Virus record (IMG/VR): IMGVR_UViG_3300028833_000119
Location: 21,214 to 85,213 of that record
Length of the DNA: 64,000 nt
From: a virus
Taxonomy: Duplodnaviria; Caudoviricetes
Direction: 5' to 3' (one strand)
A model generated the notes under the pieces. It saw only the letters and a program-made list of their open reading frames with translations, was not told the DNA's origin and ran no database searches. Numbering within the stretch: the first letter of the stretch is position 1; each line of letters begins with the position of its first letter. The translations under genes were made by a program, and so were the position numbers. Below, one piece after another: positions 53,109 to 63,988 of this stretch.

Positions 53109-54907
53109 ATGCTTTATATTGACAAATATGATGGTTATATTGCGGACGTGCCGAACATTGAGTTTGTGCGTTGCGATGGTACGGTGTTTGCGTATGATGA
53201 ACTGACCAGTGCAAGTATGACTGCTGGACACAACATGATCACGATCACCGGTGGTCAGGGCAACTTCCCGCTGGCGTACATTGATACTGACTCCACGCTG
53301 GAACTGACCTTTGAAAGTGCGAAGTTCACCACTGAAATTTTTGAAATGGCGAACGGCGTCCAGGCTGTCCAGGGTGACTTTGGTATCCGTGAAAGCGCCC
53401 GTTATGAAGTTGTAACCGGCCTGAAGATTAACCTGCCCTTTGAAGTGCAGGAAGGCAGTGTTTACATCCGTGGTCTGGAAGAGGCTTCTACCGCTGGCTC
53501 CGGCAAGTATGTGGTTACGATTACCCAGTCTGCTGCCGCTGTTGACGGTGCGACCGAGATCGCTTTCTATGAGGGCGATGTGACGGTTGGTCAGACGGTC
53601 CGTGTTTCCTATAAGCGCCGGATTATCGACGCCAACAAGGTTCCGGTCAAGACCACGTCCACGACCGCGAAAGGCGAACTGTATGCACATTGGCCGCTCT
53701 ATTCGGACGGGACATCCTGCGCGGACGCGAGCGTCAAAGGCCTTCTGCACCTGCACATCTATCGTTGCCGTGTAACAGCGCTGCCCGGATTCAGCAACAG
53801 CTACAAATCTGCGGGTTAACCATATAGCCCCCTATAACAGCAATGTTATTTGAAAACTCGTCTAAACGGGGAAAGTCCTGTTGAAAAGCAGGATAACCTA
53901 CCGTGCTAAAAATTCAGCAAATTTCCAATTGTAATAAAGGAGTTTTATGGAAGCAAATTATACTGTGTATATGCACGAGAATAAAATCAACCATAAAAAA
54001 TATATAGGAATTACAAGTAAAGATCCTGAAGAAAGATGGAAGAAAGGGACAAATTACAGAACATGCCGTGCGATTCGGAGAGCATTTGAAAAGTACGGAT
54101 GGGACGGATTTGAACACAAAATCCTTTTCCAAGGATTGACACGGGATGAAGCCTGTGAAAAAGAAATCCAATTAATATCCGAATATGATACAAGAAATCC
54201 AGAACATGGATACAATATCTGTGTTGGTGGCGGCGGAACTGTCGGGTGTGTTTTTACTGAAGACAGCCGGAGAAGACAGAGCGAAAAACTAAAAGGACCA
54301 AATAATCCGAATTATGGAAAGCCAATGTCTCCGGAACGCAAAGCGCAATTGCTTGCGATTAATCTTGGCAGTAAACATTCTGAAGAACACAAAAGAAAAA
54401 TAAGCGAGAGTTGCAAAGGAAAGATTCATCATGATGAAGCTTTTAAACAAAGACTCTCGGAAAGAAACAAGCGACCCGTCATCAGAGATGACGGGATTTA
54501 TTTTGCCACGGTTGATGAGGCTGCGGCAAGTGTAGGAGTTACTCCTTCCGCGATTTCAAATGCAATGAGGCGCGGACAACGAAGCGGCGGATATTATTGG
54601 AAACATGCTGAATTAAAAGCCTAACGACTATCTCTTATGAGAGTAGGGCGCAAGCGATTGGCGCTCGAAATGGCGAGGCTCCCCCTGGGAGCGTGATATA
54701 GTCTGCTCCCCATGGTAACATGGGGCTGTCGAAAGACGGCAATGAAGTAGCGATTCATTGTGAACACGAAGGACCAACGGTTTGACCTTTGCTGCTATGA
54801 ACCCGAAGCGTGGTAATAACGAGATGTACGATCTCGTGTACGAGCCGATGGATGCGAACGGCAACATCAAGACCAAGTCCAGCGCTGCGAGCGTTGACTG
54901 GGACTAA
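53109..54907 (+). CDS. Major tail tube protein, two exons (53109-53816 and 54773-54907)
   Basis: Splicing restores the frame: ..NSYKSAG|TNGLTFAAMNPKRG..VDWD*; about 280 aa. Confidence 0.8.
53817..54772 (+). mobile_element. Group I self-splicing intron
   Basis: P1 GGGU/GCCC with U:G at the 5' splice site; core 'AAACGGGGAAAG', 'AACGACTA' (54623) and 'GATATAGTCT' (54695); terminal omega-G at 54772. Confidence 0.9.
53947..54624 (+). CDS. Intron-encoded GIY-YIG homing endonuclease with NUMOD3 repeats
   Basis: 'YTVYMH..KYIGIT', 'NPNYGKPMSPERK', 'KHSEEHKRKISES'. Confidence 0.9.
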   Translation: MEANYTVYMHENKINHKKYIGITSKDPEERWKKGTNYRTCRAIRRAFEKYGWDGFEHKILFQGLTRDEACEKEIQLISEYDTRNPEHGYNICVGGGGTVGCVFTEDSRRRQSEKLKGPNNPNYGKPMSPERKAQLLAINLGSKHSEEHKRKISESCKGKIHHDEAFKQRLSERNKRPVIRDDGIYFATVDEAAASVGVTPSAISNAMRRGQRSGGYYWKHAELKA

Positions 54908-55034
54908 TTGACAACTGAATAATTATACTCCGGCCCTCAGAGGGCGGATAAAGGAAATTTAGAGGAAAGGACGGGGATACTGTTTCGAGAGATCAGTATC
55001 CCCTCTTTCTTTTTATCTGTAAAGGAGAAAGGAT

Positions 55035-55505
55035 ATGGCAAGAACGAAAGCAATGCCTGCAGAGAAGCAGGAAGTAAAAATGAAACCGGAAGCCGGACAG
55101 GAAAGCATGCCGACACCGGAAAAGACGGAAGCCGTAAAAGAACTGCCGAAGGTGGGGGTTCCTGAGAACACGGTTGTGATCGGCGGCAAACTGATTGAGA
55201 TTAAACCTACGAAATTGAAATATCAGCGGAACAGGACCGCTGTTTTTTACCATATATTAGAAATGTACCCGTTGGCGGATGTGCTTGCGATGGGCGCCAA
55301 TTCTTTCGGCGACGGACTGGACGGCGACAAGAAGCTGTATGACTGGCTTGTTGCCGTGACGGACGATGAGGAATTGATCCGTGAACATTATGACGAGATT
55401 GATTCTGACATGGTCTACAGGATGCTTGAAATCTTCAGGCGTGTCAACAAGATTTCGGAGCTGGAGGAAAAACTAAAAAACGCAAAGACTCCGGGGGAGG
55501 CCTGA
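55035..55505 (+). CDS. Tail assembly chaperone (gpG-like)
   Basis: Follows the tail tube gene; slippery A-AAA-AAC at 55475. Confidence 0.65.
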   Translation: MARTKAMPAEKQEVKMKPEAGQESMPTPEKTEAVKELPKVGVPENTVVIGGKLIEIKPTKLKYQRNRTAVFYHILEMYPLADVLAMGANSFGDGLDGDKKLYDWLVAVTDDEELIREHYDEIDSDMVYRMLEIFRRVNKISELEEKLKNAKTPGEA

Positions 55506-55822
55506 CGCTTGACCGTGCGGTGGCACTGATTGCAACTCACCTCGGAGTGGTTGATGAAGAACAGATTAACGAAATGAGTTATGTATTTTTCAGCGACGTG
55601 CTGGAAGAACTCGGACACAAACTGAATTACGATGCGATTATTAACTATGCAGGCAACAGTTTTGTTGAAAAGAGCTGGGACATGATTATGGACAGCAACC
55701 CGATGACAATGGGTGACGGCGAACACATGTCCAGAAGGAATGCACAGACGTTTGCGGACTTCTTCGGGAAAGCGAGAACGATTGCGCCTGGTAGTTACCA
55801 GGGAGCAGCAGGAAAGGAATAA
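55475..55822 (+). CDS. Tail assembly chaperone extension (gpT-like, -1 frameshift product)
   Basis: ORF 55520-55822 is in the -1 frame, lacks an RBS and is open from the slippery site. Confidence 0.6.
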   Translation, partial: KKRKDSGGGLTLDRAVALIATHLGVVDEEQINEMSYVFFSDVLEELGHKLNYDAIINYAGNSFVEKSWDMIMDSNPMTMGDGEHMSRRNAQTFADFFGKARTIAPGSYQGAAGKE

Positions 55823-55827
55823 AGGAT

Positions 55828-56436
55828 ATGAAAAGTAAGAAAATTAACTTTAAAAAATATGCGGACATGCATGACGAAAAAGAAATAACAGGGAAAGACG
55901 GAACGGTTATTCTTGTGAAAAACCATATTTCTTACGCAGATAAAGTCCAGATGGCGAGGGATGTTATTGAGAACTGCGTGATGATCCATGACGATTCATG
56001 TTGCTATGAAAGCCATGATATCAACGCGGAGAGAATTAAGGCGATGGTTCGGTATTATACGAACGTGCAGGTGGATGATGCAACGGCTGACGAGGTTGCC
56101 GACTTTATGATCAATAACGAGTTGCTTGGACAGGTTCGTGAATATATCCATGACGATTATTTTGAAGCCGAAGATATTTATATTACCTTGATGAACATGG
56201 TCATGGAAGTTTATACGGATGATATGTCGCTGAAGAAAGCGATCAAGACAAGCTTTGGATTCTTGTTCAACGGCGAGGATATTACCGAATCACTGGCAAA
56301 AGCTGAGATGACGAAAGATACAATGTTCAAGGCGCTGGATGCGATCAATAAAAAAGAACAGGAAGAAAAAGAAAAGATTGATGACGGACGGCTGAAAGTC
56401 GGAAACAATATCCTGAACTTTGCAAGAAAAGAATAA
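55828..56436 (+). CDS. Hypothetical tail-region protein
   Basis: 202-aa ORF before the tape measure. Confidence 0.7.
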   Translation: MKSKKINFKKYADMHDEKEITGKDGTVILVKNHISYADKVQMARDVIENCVMIHDDSCCYESHDINAERIKAMVRYYTNVQVDDATADEVADFMINNELLGQVREYIHDDYFEAEDIYITLMNMVMEVYTDDMSLKKAIKTSFGFLFNGEDITESLAKAEMTKDTMFKALDAINKKEQEEKEKIDDGRLKVGNNILNFARKE

Positions 56437-56482
56437 CAGAACCCGCCATGGCTGGCGGACTTTTTTATAAGGGAGTGATGGC

Positions 56483-59400
56483 ATGGCGGATAAATGTATT
56501 GGTAAGCTTTATCTTGATATCAGTCAGGTAAAGAAAGATATAGACGAGGTTAATGAGTTTCTATCAAAGATTGGCGCTAACATTAATCTCGAAGATAAGC
56601 TAAGTAAGAGTATCGGTAAGGCACTTAATAATCTGGTTGCAGAAGCGAAGAAAGCCGGAAGCGAAGCAGAAAAAGCTCTGAAGAATGCTGTGAACCTTGA
56701 TACCAAAGGCGGCATTGAGAGTACAATGCAAAGAGTCACGACAACCGTAAACACATATGTTCGTGAGGTAGACAAGGCCGGAAATGCTACCGGGAAACTG
56801 GTTGGCACAGTACAAACAGGGTTCGACGCAGCCGGAAACAAGATTAAAGAATTTGCAGACTCAACCGGAGCAATCACGAAACGAACAGAAGAAGTAAAGA
56901 ATTCTGTTGAAGAGCAGATTGATGCTATGTGGAAGCTCCATGATGCTGAAGAACAGGCATATAGCAAACAGGGAGAGGCTGCTGTTCAAGCAGGATTAAA
57001 GCGAGAGGAAGCCGCAAGAAAAGCAGCCCAAGCTGAACAGGAACGGTCTGCAAGAGAAGTTGCGACGATGGAGAATGATCTCGCAAGGAAAGAAGCTGCA
57101 GAGGATGCTGCTCTTGAAAGAAAGATAAGCGCGGATGCAGCTGCACAGGAGAAATTAAGACAGCAATCTATTGAAACAGAATTTGCCCGTGAGGAGGCAA
57201 GAAAAAAGGAAGCTGCCGCAGAAGAAGACCTGATTCATAAAGAAGTTGCCGCTATGGAAGAGGCTATTGAACAGGAGAAGGCAGTACTTGATAAACAGGT
57301 CCAGGCTTACGAAGAGGCTGAAGAGAAGAAACGTCAGGCAAGTATTAATGCCGAATTTGCCCGTGAAGAAGCAAGGCAACGCGCTGCGCAGGAAGAAGAG
57401 GATTTGATCCAAAGAGAAATTGCTGCCATGGAAGAATCTATCCAGAAGCAACAGGAAGCAGCGCAAAAGCAATTTGAAACTGACCAGATCAACAGGGCAA
57501 AACAGGCGTATTTTGAATTAACAGACGCAATCAAAAATTATAACACTGCTAAAAATGACAAAGATTCTGACGGCATGGCGACCGCACAGAAAAGAATCGA
57601 TGCGGCGATGCAGGAAGTTAATGCGATTCGTGAAGTTGTTAACGCAAGTGACATGGAAGCGAATGCAAAGCAGCAGGTTCTTAATTATCTTCAACAATGC
57701 GTGACAGCCGAACATCAGCATGGCGTAGAAGTAAAAAATACTGCCAAATCAACCGGCGAACTTGAATCCCAGGTTACCGGGTTGTTGACGCGGTACATTA
57801 GTCTGACAGCGGCAATCAGGGCAATAAACGGGTTAATTCAAAATACCGTTGAATATGTATCTGAATATTCTGATAAGATGAATGAAATTCAGATGATTAC
57901 CATGAAGACCGATGATGAGATTTCACAGCTTGCCAGTACGTACAGGAATATTGCCGCTGACATGAGCGTCAGTTCACTTGATATGGCTGATGCTGCGATT
58001 TACTTTACACGCCAAGGTCTGGCAGCGGAAGAAATTGAAAAACGTCTGAAAAATGTTACGATGTACGCGAAAGCAGCGAACGTTGAATTTAAAGACGCTT
58101 CTGAAATCATTACTTCAGTCGTTAACTCTATGGGCCTTGTTGCACAGCAAGCAGAAGACGGCAGGAATGCAACACAGCGTGTTGCTGACGTATTCCTGAA
58201 TATCGGCGATAACGCGGCTACAAGCGGTCAGGAAATTGGTGAAGCCATGCAGAAAGCTGCTGCATCTGCCGGTGCTTTCGGCGTATCTATGGAATGGCTT
58301 GCCGCGTATATTGCAACTGTATCTGAAACAACCCGTCAGGAAGCGAGAACAATTGGTACCGCATTTAACACCATTATTGCCCGTCTGCACCAGATTAAAC
58401 AAACCGGTTATAATCAGGAAGACGAAACAAGGGTTAACGATATCGCGAAAGCATTGTCAAAGATTGATGTTGTCCTGATGGACCAGGAAGGTAACTGGCG
58501 CGATATGGAAACGATCCTGGAAGAGGTTGCTGATAAATGGGGCGGTCTTGACGGCAAAACAAGGTCCTATATCGCGACCACGATGGCAGGCGTTAAACAG
58601 CAGAACGTGTTCCTTGCCCTGATGAATGATATGTCAAAGGGTGTTGAAAACGGGAGCCGTGCTTTTGAACTGCACGAAAAAGCTATAAACTCGGACGGTG
58701 TTGCTGCAGAAAAATACGCTGTTTATCTTGATAGCGTAACTGCGTCTCAGGAACGGCTCACGGTTGCACAAGAGAATTTCTATTCTTTGTTGGATGACGA
58801 TGTAATAAAGACTTGGAATAATACACTTGCTGACGTTGTTAATTCTATTTCAGAAGCAGCGGAACAAACTGATGGATTAACTTTGATTCTGCCTGTTGCG
58901 ATTGGACTGATTTCAGCGTTTGCGATTGCGATAACACATGCCGGTGGTGCATCCGCATTGTTTGCGAGTATATGGGAAAAACACCCGGTATTACTTGCAA
59001 TATCTGCTGCAGTTGCAGCTGTTGCTGGATTAACACTTATTGTAAGCGAAATTATCAGCGCAGCAGAAACGGCTGAAGAAAAGATGAGCCGCCTGAATAA
59101 AACAATTGAGGAATCCAGTTCAAATGTAAAGTCGTTACAATCAACAAGGGACGAATTCAATCAATTGTTTGAAAAAATACAGAGTGGCGCCGAGTTAACA
59201 TCTTCTGAATTAGCCAGGTATAATTCTCTTCTGGATGAAATAGCAGAATTATCTCCCGGCGCGAAAGCAGGAGTTGATCATTTAAGAGACAGCCTATATG
59301 ACCAGAAGACTGCCGCGCAGGAGACAAATGATGAACTTGAGCGGATGATTAAAAACCAGCAGACAATCACTGCTCATGCTCTTGCGGAAAAATATTCAAA

Positions 59401-62400
59401 TATGAATCCTTCCTCAAAGAGCAAAGCAAATGATCTTGCAGTTGCTATGTCTAACTGGGACGAAGATTGGGCAAACGGCGGGACATCTGAATCTGGCAGG
59501 TTTGCCAGTTCCCTTTACAATGCGTTTGCATCTGCGTCCGGTGTGTCAACACGTAAAATGCAAAGCATGATCGACAGTTATAATTACGGTGATTTCAGGC
59601 GGGTAAACCACAAGGTTCTCTCACAGGAAATCTATGATGAAATCAAGAATAAGCTTGAGGAGTATAAAAATCTTGATATAGATACCGCTGAATTATGGAG
59701 ATCAATTGGTAATTATATCTGGGGCAAATATGCCGATACGGCAGACATGAAGGAATCAACAGAGCTGATGATGGATGTTATCAATGGTTCTGTTGACGAA
59801 GTTCTTGCTGGCGTGGGGCAGCACCTTGATGCTGTTCAAACGCAGGCTTTCAGGAATCAGATCATGAAGGCTATTCTCGGCGACGATAACCAGTTGAGCG
59901 AGGAAGAATATGCAAGCTACGGTGACCGTATCGCAGAAATTGTTCTGAAGGCAGCTGCAAATGGTTTCGATCCGGAAAAGATTATTTCAGACGGAGAATT
60001 GCAAGCTGCACGAAAAGAACTTACAGACGGACTTATTGACAGCATCATGGATTTCTCCGGCGTTGAGGCCCTTACGGGCGGCATGTGGATGAAGCTTGAT
60101 CTTTCAACACTTGAACAAATTGATACCATGTTGAAAACAACTGGTGTTACAATTCAGGATATTGAAAAGATTATGGCAGAGTCGAGTTCAGTTGACGAGT
60201 TTACTAACAAACTGAAAGAACTGGGTAAAACACTTGAGGAAAGCGGCGGAGAAGAGGGAAAACCAAAGTCACTGAAGGAATTAACAAAGGAAGTAAATGA
60301 TTCAGTAAAAGACATAAAAGCCCTTGACGCCGCGATTAAGAGTATCCAGAAAGACCCTCAAAATATTAATTACAGCGACATCCTTGGACTTGCGGAAGCT
60401 CATCCGGAATTATTGACAGTTATCGGTGATACGGATGCATTGCTGAAAAAACTGAAAGAGGTAAAAGCAGAATCCAAAAATCAACAGCGTGATTCTTTGA
60501 GAAATATGATTCTTAGCAATGAGAAAACTATGGCTGGCAGCAAATATGCTGACAGCGGATTTGCAACGCTGAAGGATTACAGAGACTCTTTAACGGATGA
60601 AGCAGCAATTGCAGAGTTTGATGCCGAGATCGAAAAAATGATCGATGGATGGCAGAAGGCTAATGAAGACGCGAAGAAAGCAGCCAAAGAATCCAAGGAA
60701 GAAGCGAAGGATGCGAAAAAAGCCTTTAGCGATACAGTTAAAGAAGTTGAATCACTTGACAAAACGATTGAGAAGCTTCAATCGAAGAAGAAAGTTGATT
60801 TCTCCGATCTTGTTGATCTGTCAACAGCACATCCTGAAATTATGGCATTTGCAGGCGACGCGGATAAATTGATTGAAATCCTGCAACGTCTTAAAGCACA
60901 GGCTGAAACAAATGTAAAGAATAATCTAAAAGATTATATGCTTGATAGCGAGGATTATTTCAAAGAAAGCGAACATTACGATCCTCGATTTAAAAACATG
61001 CGCGAATACATTACAGACCTGCGTGATTCAAGGGATGCAAAAGAGAATTGGAAAGATGTTGCAGATGAGGTGGATAATGCTGCTCAGAATATTGTTGACG
61101 CAGCAAAAGAAACTAAAGACGCTGCCGAGTCCTGGCTGGAAGCACAGGCGAAGATCGCTGAGATCAACGAGGAAGTCAACTGGGCGAAGAGCAATAACTT
61201 TGAGGACCAGATCAATGCGCTCCAGGGTGCTATAGAAAGCGGCGGCATTGAATCCGCGATTGAATTGTTTGAGAGCTGGACTGATGAGATGCAGAAAGCT
61301 GTTGCTTCTGAATATCCTGCGCTTATCAAGATAATGGGTAATACCAAGAAAGCCATGAAGGAGCAGGGCGACCAGACAGAAGTACTTACGAAACAAACAA
61401 AAGAAATGAAGGCTACTCTCGCCAGTACAGAAAAGTTAAACAATGTAAAATATTTTACGGATACTGCGGAGGCAATCAAAAAACTTTCCAACGGGACGAT
61501 CAGCGCAACAGATGCAATCGAAGTGTATCACAAGGAAGTCAACAAGGTAACCAAGGCGTATGAAGATATTCTGGATGTCCAGAATAAGATGGAATATAAC
61601 GACAAAGAGGCTAACAAGGACAATCCACAGAAGATTGATGCTGCGGATGTTAGCAACCTTGCAAACCTGTTGAATATGACAACAGAACAGGTTCTTGCAG
61701 ATTTCCCGGCGGCTGTGGACATGTTCGACCAGTTGACAAGCAGTACAGGCGAATTGACAGATATGCTGAATCAGCTGTCTGCAGCTTCGTTTATCAAGAT
61801 TACCGGTACGTCCGAGGCTGATTTTACCAATTTGCAAAACGGATTGATTTCCATTCAGGGAATGGCGAAAGAAACTATTGAGCAGCTGGAAAAAACAGGT
61901 CTGTGGACAGTTGAAACCATAAAGCTAGATACAGAAGCATGGGTACAAAATGCAGACGGCACATGGACATCAAAGTATTTGCAAGGTTATCAGGAAATCC
62001 TGAAGCCAACTAGTAATAACCCATTAAGTGGAAGAACGGGTGGTACGGGTGTAAAAGATAACTCGACAAATAACAGGCGAAGCGGCGGCGGAGGAAGCAG
62101 CAAAGACAAGAACAAGAATAGTATGACCGAAGTGGAACGTGCGCTGGACGTGATGAGCCAGGTAAACACGATCCAGGAAGGCCAGCAGGGCTACTACCAA
62201 AGCCAGCAGAAATACTACCAGCAGACCGGACAGCTTCAGGGCGTTATTGCTTATATGCAGCGTGAAAACGATGTGCTGAAGAACCAGAACGTTACGCTCG
62301 AGGGCAACATCCAGCGTATCGAAGCATACATGGAAAAGAAACGTGCGGAACTCGCCACACTGTCCATTACAGACGAAGCGTATGAAGAGGTTGCGGACGA

Positions 62401-63988
62401 TCTGGATAAACTACAGAAAGCGCACCAGACATATACGAAGCAACTGGTTGACAACAGGACGGCGATGGATGCGCTGACCAAATCGATCAAAGAGCAGAAC
62501 GATAAAATCAGGCAAATGGAAATTGACCTGCGCAACACAATCCTGAAGGCAATTGAGGATCGTGAACGGCGGACAGAAGATATGATGAACGCCGAGATCG
62601 AGATGGAAAACAAAATCCTCGACCTGATTACGCGCCGCTATGAAAGGGAACGCGACGAAATCATCGAGACAACCAACAAGCGGATCGACTTGCTGAACGA
62701 GGAAAAGAACCTGCTTTCAGAACAGCTTCAGATGCGAAAGGAACAGGCGGACGAGGAAGACAAGCTGACAAAGCTGAAGGAACTCGAAGTCAAATACCAG
62801 CGGATTGTGGCTGACCCGACGCGGAGAAAAGAAGCACTGAGTATCCGGAAGGATATCGACGATCTCCGCAAGGAGATGGCCTGGGATGCCGCAGAAAAGG
62901 AAGTCAAAGCGCAGCAGGATGCACTGGACAAACAGATCACAAACCTTGAGGATTACATTACGTATGTCGAGGAGTATTACGAAGATCTGTTTGAACACCC
63001 GGTAAAGCTGATCGAGGAAATGAAATCCATCCTTGAAAAGAGCGACGCGGAGATCATCGAATGGCTGAAAACAAACGAAGAAGAATATGCCAGGTCCACG
63101 GAGAACACACAGGCGAAGATGGTCAGCGGATGGCAGGATACGCTGGATGCGATGCGCGGACTCATCAAGACATACTGGGATGAGGTCGAGCAGATTGTCT
63201 CGCAGGGCGATGAGTATATCATTGAATTCCTGAAGGCAAACAGCAAGGATTACCGTGAAGCCGGAAAATTGCAGGCCGAAGCGTATGTGGACCAATGGAA
63301 GGAACAGCTGGAGAACCTGAAGAAAGCGCACCAGCAGGTGGCAGCTGATATTGCCGCGTCGTACGACGTTATCCAGAAATCCGAAACCTCTGCGTCAAGC
63401 AAGAGCAGCGGCGGCGGAGGAGGCGGAGGCGGCAGCAAGAAATCCAGTCAGACAGAAGACCACGGATACAGTTTTGTATATGGCGGAAAAACATATGCAC
63501 AAAACGGTTTTTCAACCAAGGACGTTGCTGATGCTGCTATGAAAGACGCTGTGTCAAACATTGTTCGTATGAGCGCCAGCGCGGGTGGAATGTCAAGCTC
63601 GTCAATGATTGGTCAGGGCATCAAACTTATACAGAGTCAGGCAACGGTATATAAAGACGGCGGTCTTGCTGACTTTACCGGCCCTGCATGGTTAGATGGT
63701 ACAAAACAGGACCCCGAACGCATCCTGAATCCTTACCAGACAAAACTATTTGAATCGATGGTACAGGCGCTTGAACGCATGAGCACGATCAGTATCCCCG
63801 GGATGCCGGACTTTGGCGGAATGGCTGCAGGCGGCAACCCGGTATCGGTTGGCGACATTGTTGTGAACGTTGAGAACCTCGATACTGACGACGACTATGA
63901 GGAACTGGCACAGAAAGTCAGCGAGATCCTGATGGATCGGATCGGACGGACTGCTGTTGTAGGCGGAATGAGAATCAGTTCATTTTAA
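56483..63988 (+). CDS. Tail tape measure protein (2501 aa)
   Basis: Long helical coiled-coil; TP901-like core ('VFLNIGDNAATSGQEIGEAMQKAAASA..EARTIGTAFNTIIARL'). Confidence 0.92.
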   Translation: MADKCIGKLYLDISQVKKDIDEVNEFLSKIGANINLEDKLSKSIGKALNNLVAEAKKAGSEAEKALKNAVNLDTKGGIESTMQRVTTTVNTYVREVDKAGNATGKLVGTVQTGFDAAGNKIKEFADSTGAITKRTEEVKNSVEEQIDAMWKLHDAEEQAYSKQGEAAVQAGLKREEAARKAAQAEQERSAREVATMENDLARKEAAEDAALERKISADAAAQEKLRQQSIETEFAREEARKKEAAAEEDLIHKEVAAMEEAIEQEKAVLDKQVQAYEEAEEKKRQASINAEFAREEARQRAAQEEEDLIQREIAAMEESIQKQQEAAQKQFETDQINRAKQAYFELTDAIKNYNTAKNDKDSDGMATAQKRIDAAMQEVNAIREVVNASDMEANAKQQVLNYLQQCVTAEHQHGVEVKNTAKSTGELESQVTGLLTRYISLTAAIRAINGLIQNTVEYVSEYSDKMNEIQMITMKTDDEISQLASTYRNIAADMSVSSLDMADAAIYFTRQGLAAEEIEKRLKNVTMYAKAANVEFKDASEIITSVVNSMGLVAQQAEDGRNATQRVADVFLNIGDNAATSGQEIGEAMQKAAASAGAFGVSMEWLAAYIATVSETTRQEARTIGTAFNTIIARLHQIKQTGYNQEDETRVNDIAKALSKIDVVLMDQEGNWRDMETILEEVADKWGGLDGKTRSYIATTMAGVKQQNVFLALMNDMSKGVENGSRAFELHEKAINSDGVAAEKYAVYLDSVTASQERLTVAQENFYSLLDDDVIKTWNNTLADVVNSISEAAEQTDGLTLILPVAIGLISAFAIAITHAGGASALFASIWEKHPVLLAISAAVAAVAGLTLIVSEIISAAETAEEKMSRLNKTIEESSSNVKSLQSTRDEFNQLFEKIQSGAELTSSELARYNSLLDEIAELSPGAKAGVDHLRDSLYDQKTAAQETNDELERMIKNQQTITAHALAEKYSNMNPSSKSKANDLAVAMSNWDEDWANGGTSESGRFASSLYNAFASASGVSTRKMQSMIDSYNYGDFRRVNHKVLSQEIYDEIKNKLEEYKNLDIDTAELWRSIGNYIWGKYADTADMKESTELMMDVINGSVDEVLAGVGQHLDAVQTQAFRNQIMKAILGDDNQLSEEEYASYGDRIAEIVLKAAANGFDPEKIISDGELQAARKELTDGLIDSIMDFSGVEALTGGMWMKLDLSTLEQIDTMLKTTGVTIQDIEKIMAESSSVDEFTNKLKELGKTLEESGGEEGKPKSLKELTKEVNDSVKDIKALDAAIKSIQKDPQNINYSDILGLAEAHPELLTVIGDTDALLKKLKEVKAESKNQQRDSLRNMILSNEKTMAGSKYADSGFATLKDYRDSLTDEAAIAEFDAEIEKMIDGWQKANEDAKKAAKESKEEAKDAKKAFSDTVKEVESLDKTIEKLQSKKKVDFSDLVDLSTAHPEIMAFAGDADKLIEILQRLKAQAETNVKNNLKDYMLDSEDYFKESEHYDPRFKNMREYITDLRDSRDAKENWKDVADEVDNAAQNIVDAAKETKDAAESWLEAQAKIAEINEEVNWAKSNNFEDQINALQGAIESGGIESAIELFESWTDEMQKAVASEYPALIKIMGNTKKAMKEQGDQTEVLTKQTKEMKATLASTEKLNNVKYFTDTAEAIKKLSNGTISATDAIEVYHKEVNKVTKAYEDILDVQNKMEYNDKEANKDNPQKIDAADVSNLANLLNMTTEQVLADFPAAVDMFDQLTSSTGELTDMLNQLSAASFIKITGTSEADFTNLQNGLISIQGMAKETIEQLEKTGLWTVETIKLDTEAWVQNADGTWTSKYLQGYQEILKPTSNNPLSGRTGGTGVKDNSTNNRRSGGGGSSKDKNKNSMTEVERALDVMSQVNTIQEGQQGYYQSQQKYYQQTGQLQGVIAYMQRENDVLKNQNVTLEGNIQRIEAYMEKKRAELATLSITDEAYEEVADDLDKLQKAHQTYTKQLVDNRTAMDALTKSIKEQNDKIRQMEIDLRNTILKAIEDRERRTEDMMNAEIEMENKILDLITRRYERERDEIIETTNKRIDLLNEEKNLLSEQLQMRKEQADEEDKLTKLKELEVKYQRIVADPTRRKEALSIRKDIDDLRKEMAWDAAEKEVKAQQDALDKQITNLEDYITYVEEYYEDLFEHPVKLIEEMKSILEKSDAEIIEWLKTNEEEYARSTENTQAKMVSGWQDTLDAMRGLIKTYWDEVEQIVSQGDEYIIEFLKANSKDYREAGKLQAEAYVDQWKEQLENLKKAHQQVAADIAASYDVIQKSETSASSKSSGGGGGGGGSKKSSQTEDHGYSFVYGGKTYAQNGFSTKDVADAAMKDAVSNIVRMSASAGGMSSSSMIGQGIKLIQSQATVYKDGGLADFTGPAWLDGTKQDPERILNPYQTKLFESMVQALERMSTISIPGMPDFGGMAAGGNPVSVGDIVVNVENLDTDDDYEELAQKVSEILMDRIGRTAVVGGMRISSF

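Noticed and set aside
41049-63988. Genome-wide TAG recoding (code 15)
   Set aside because: Long structural ORFs are intact under the standard code; only two in-frame TAGs were found in the window
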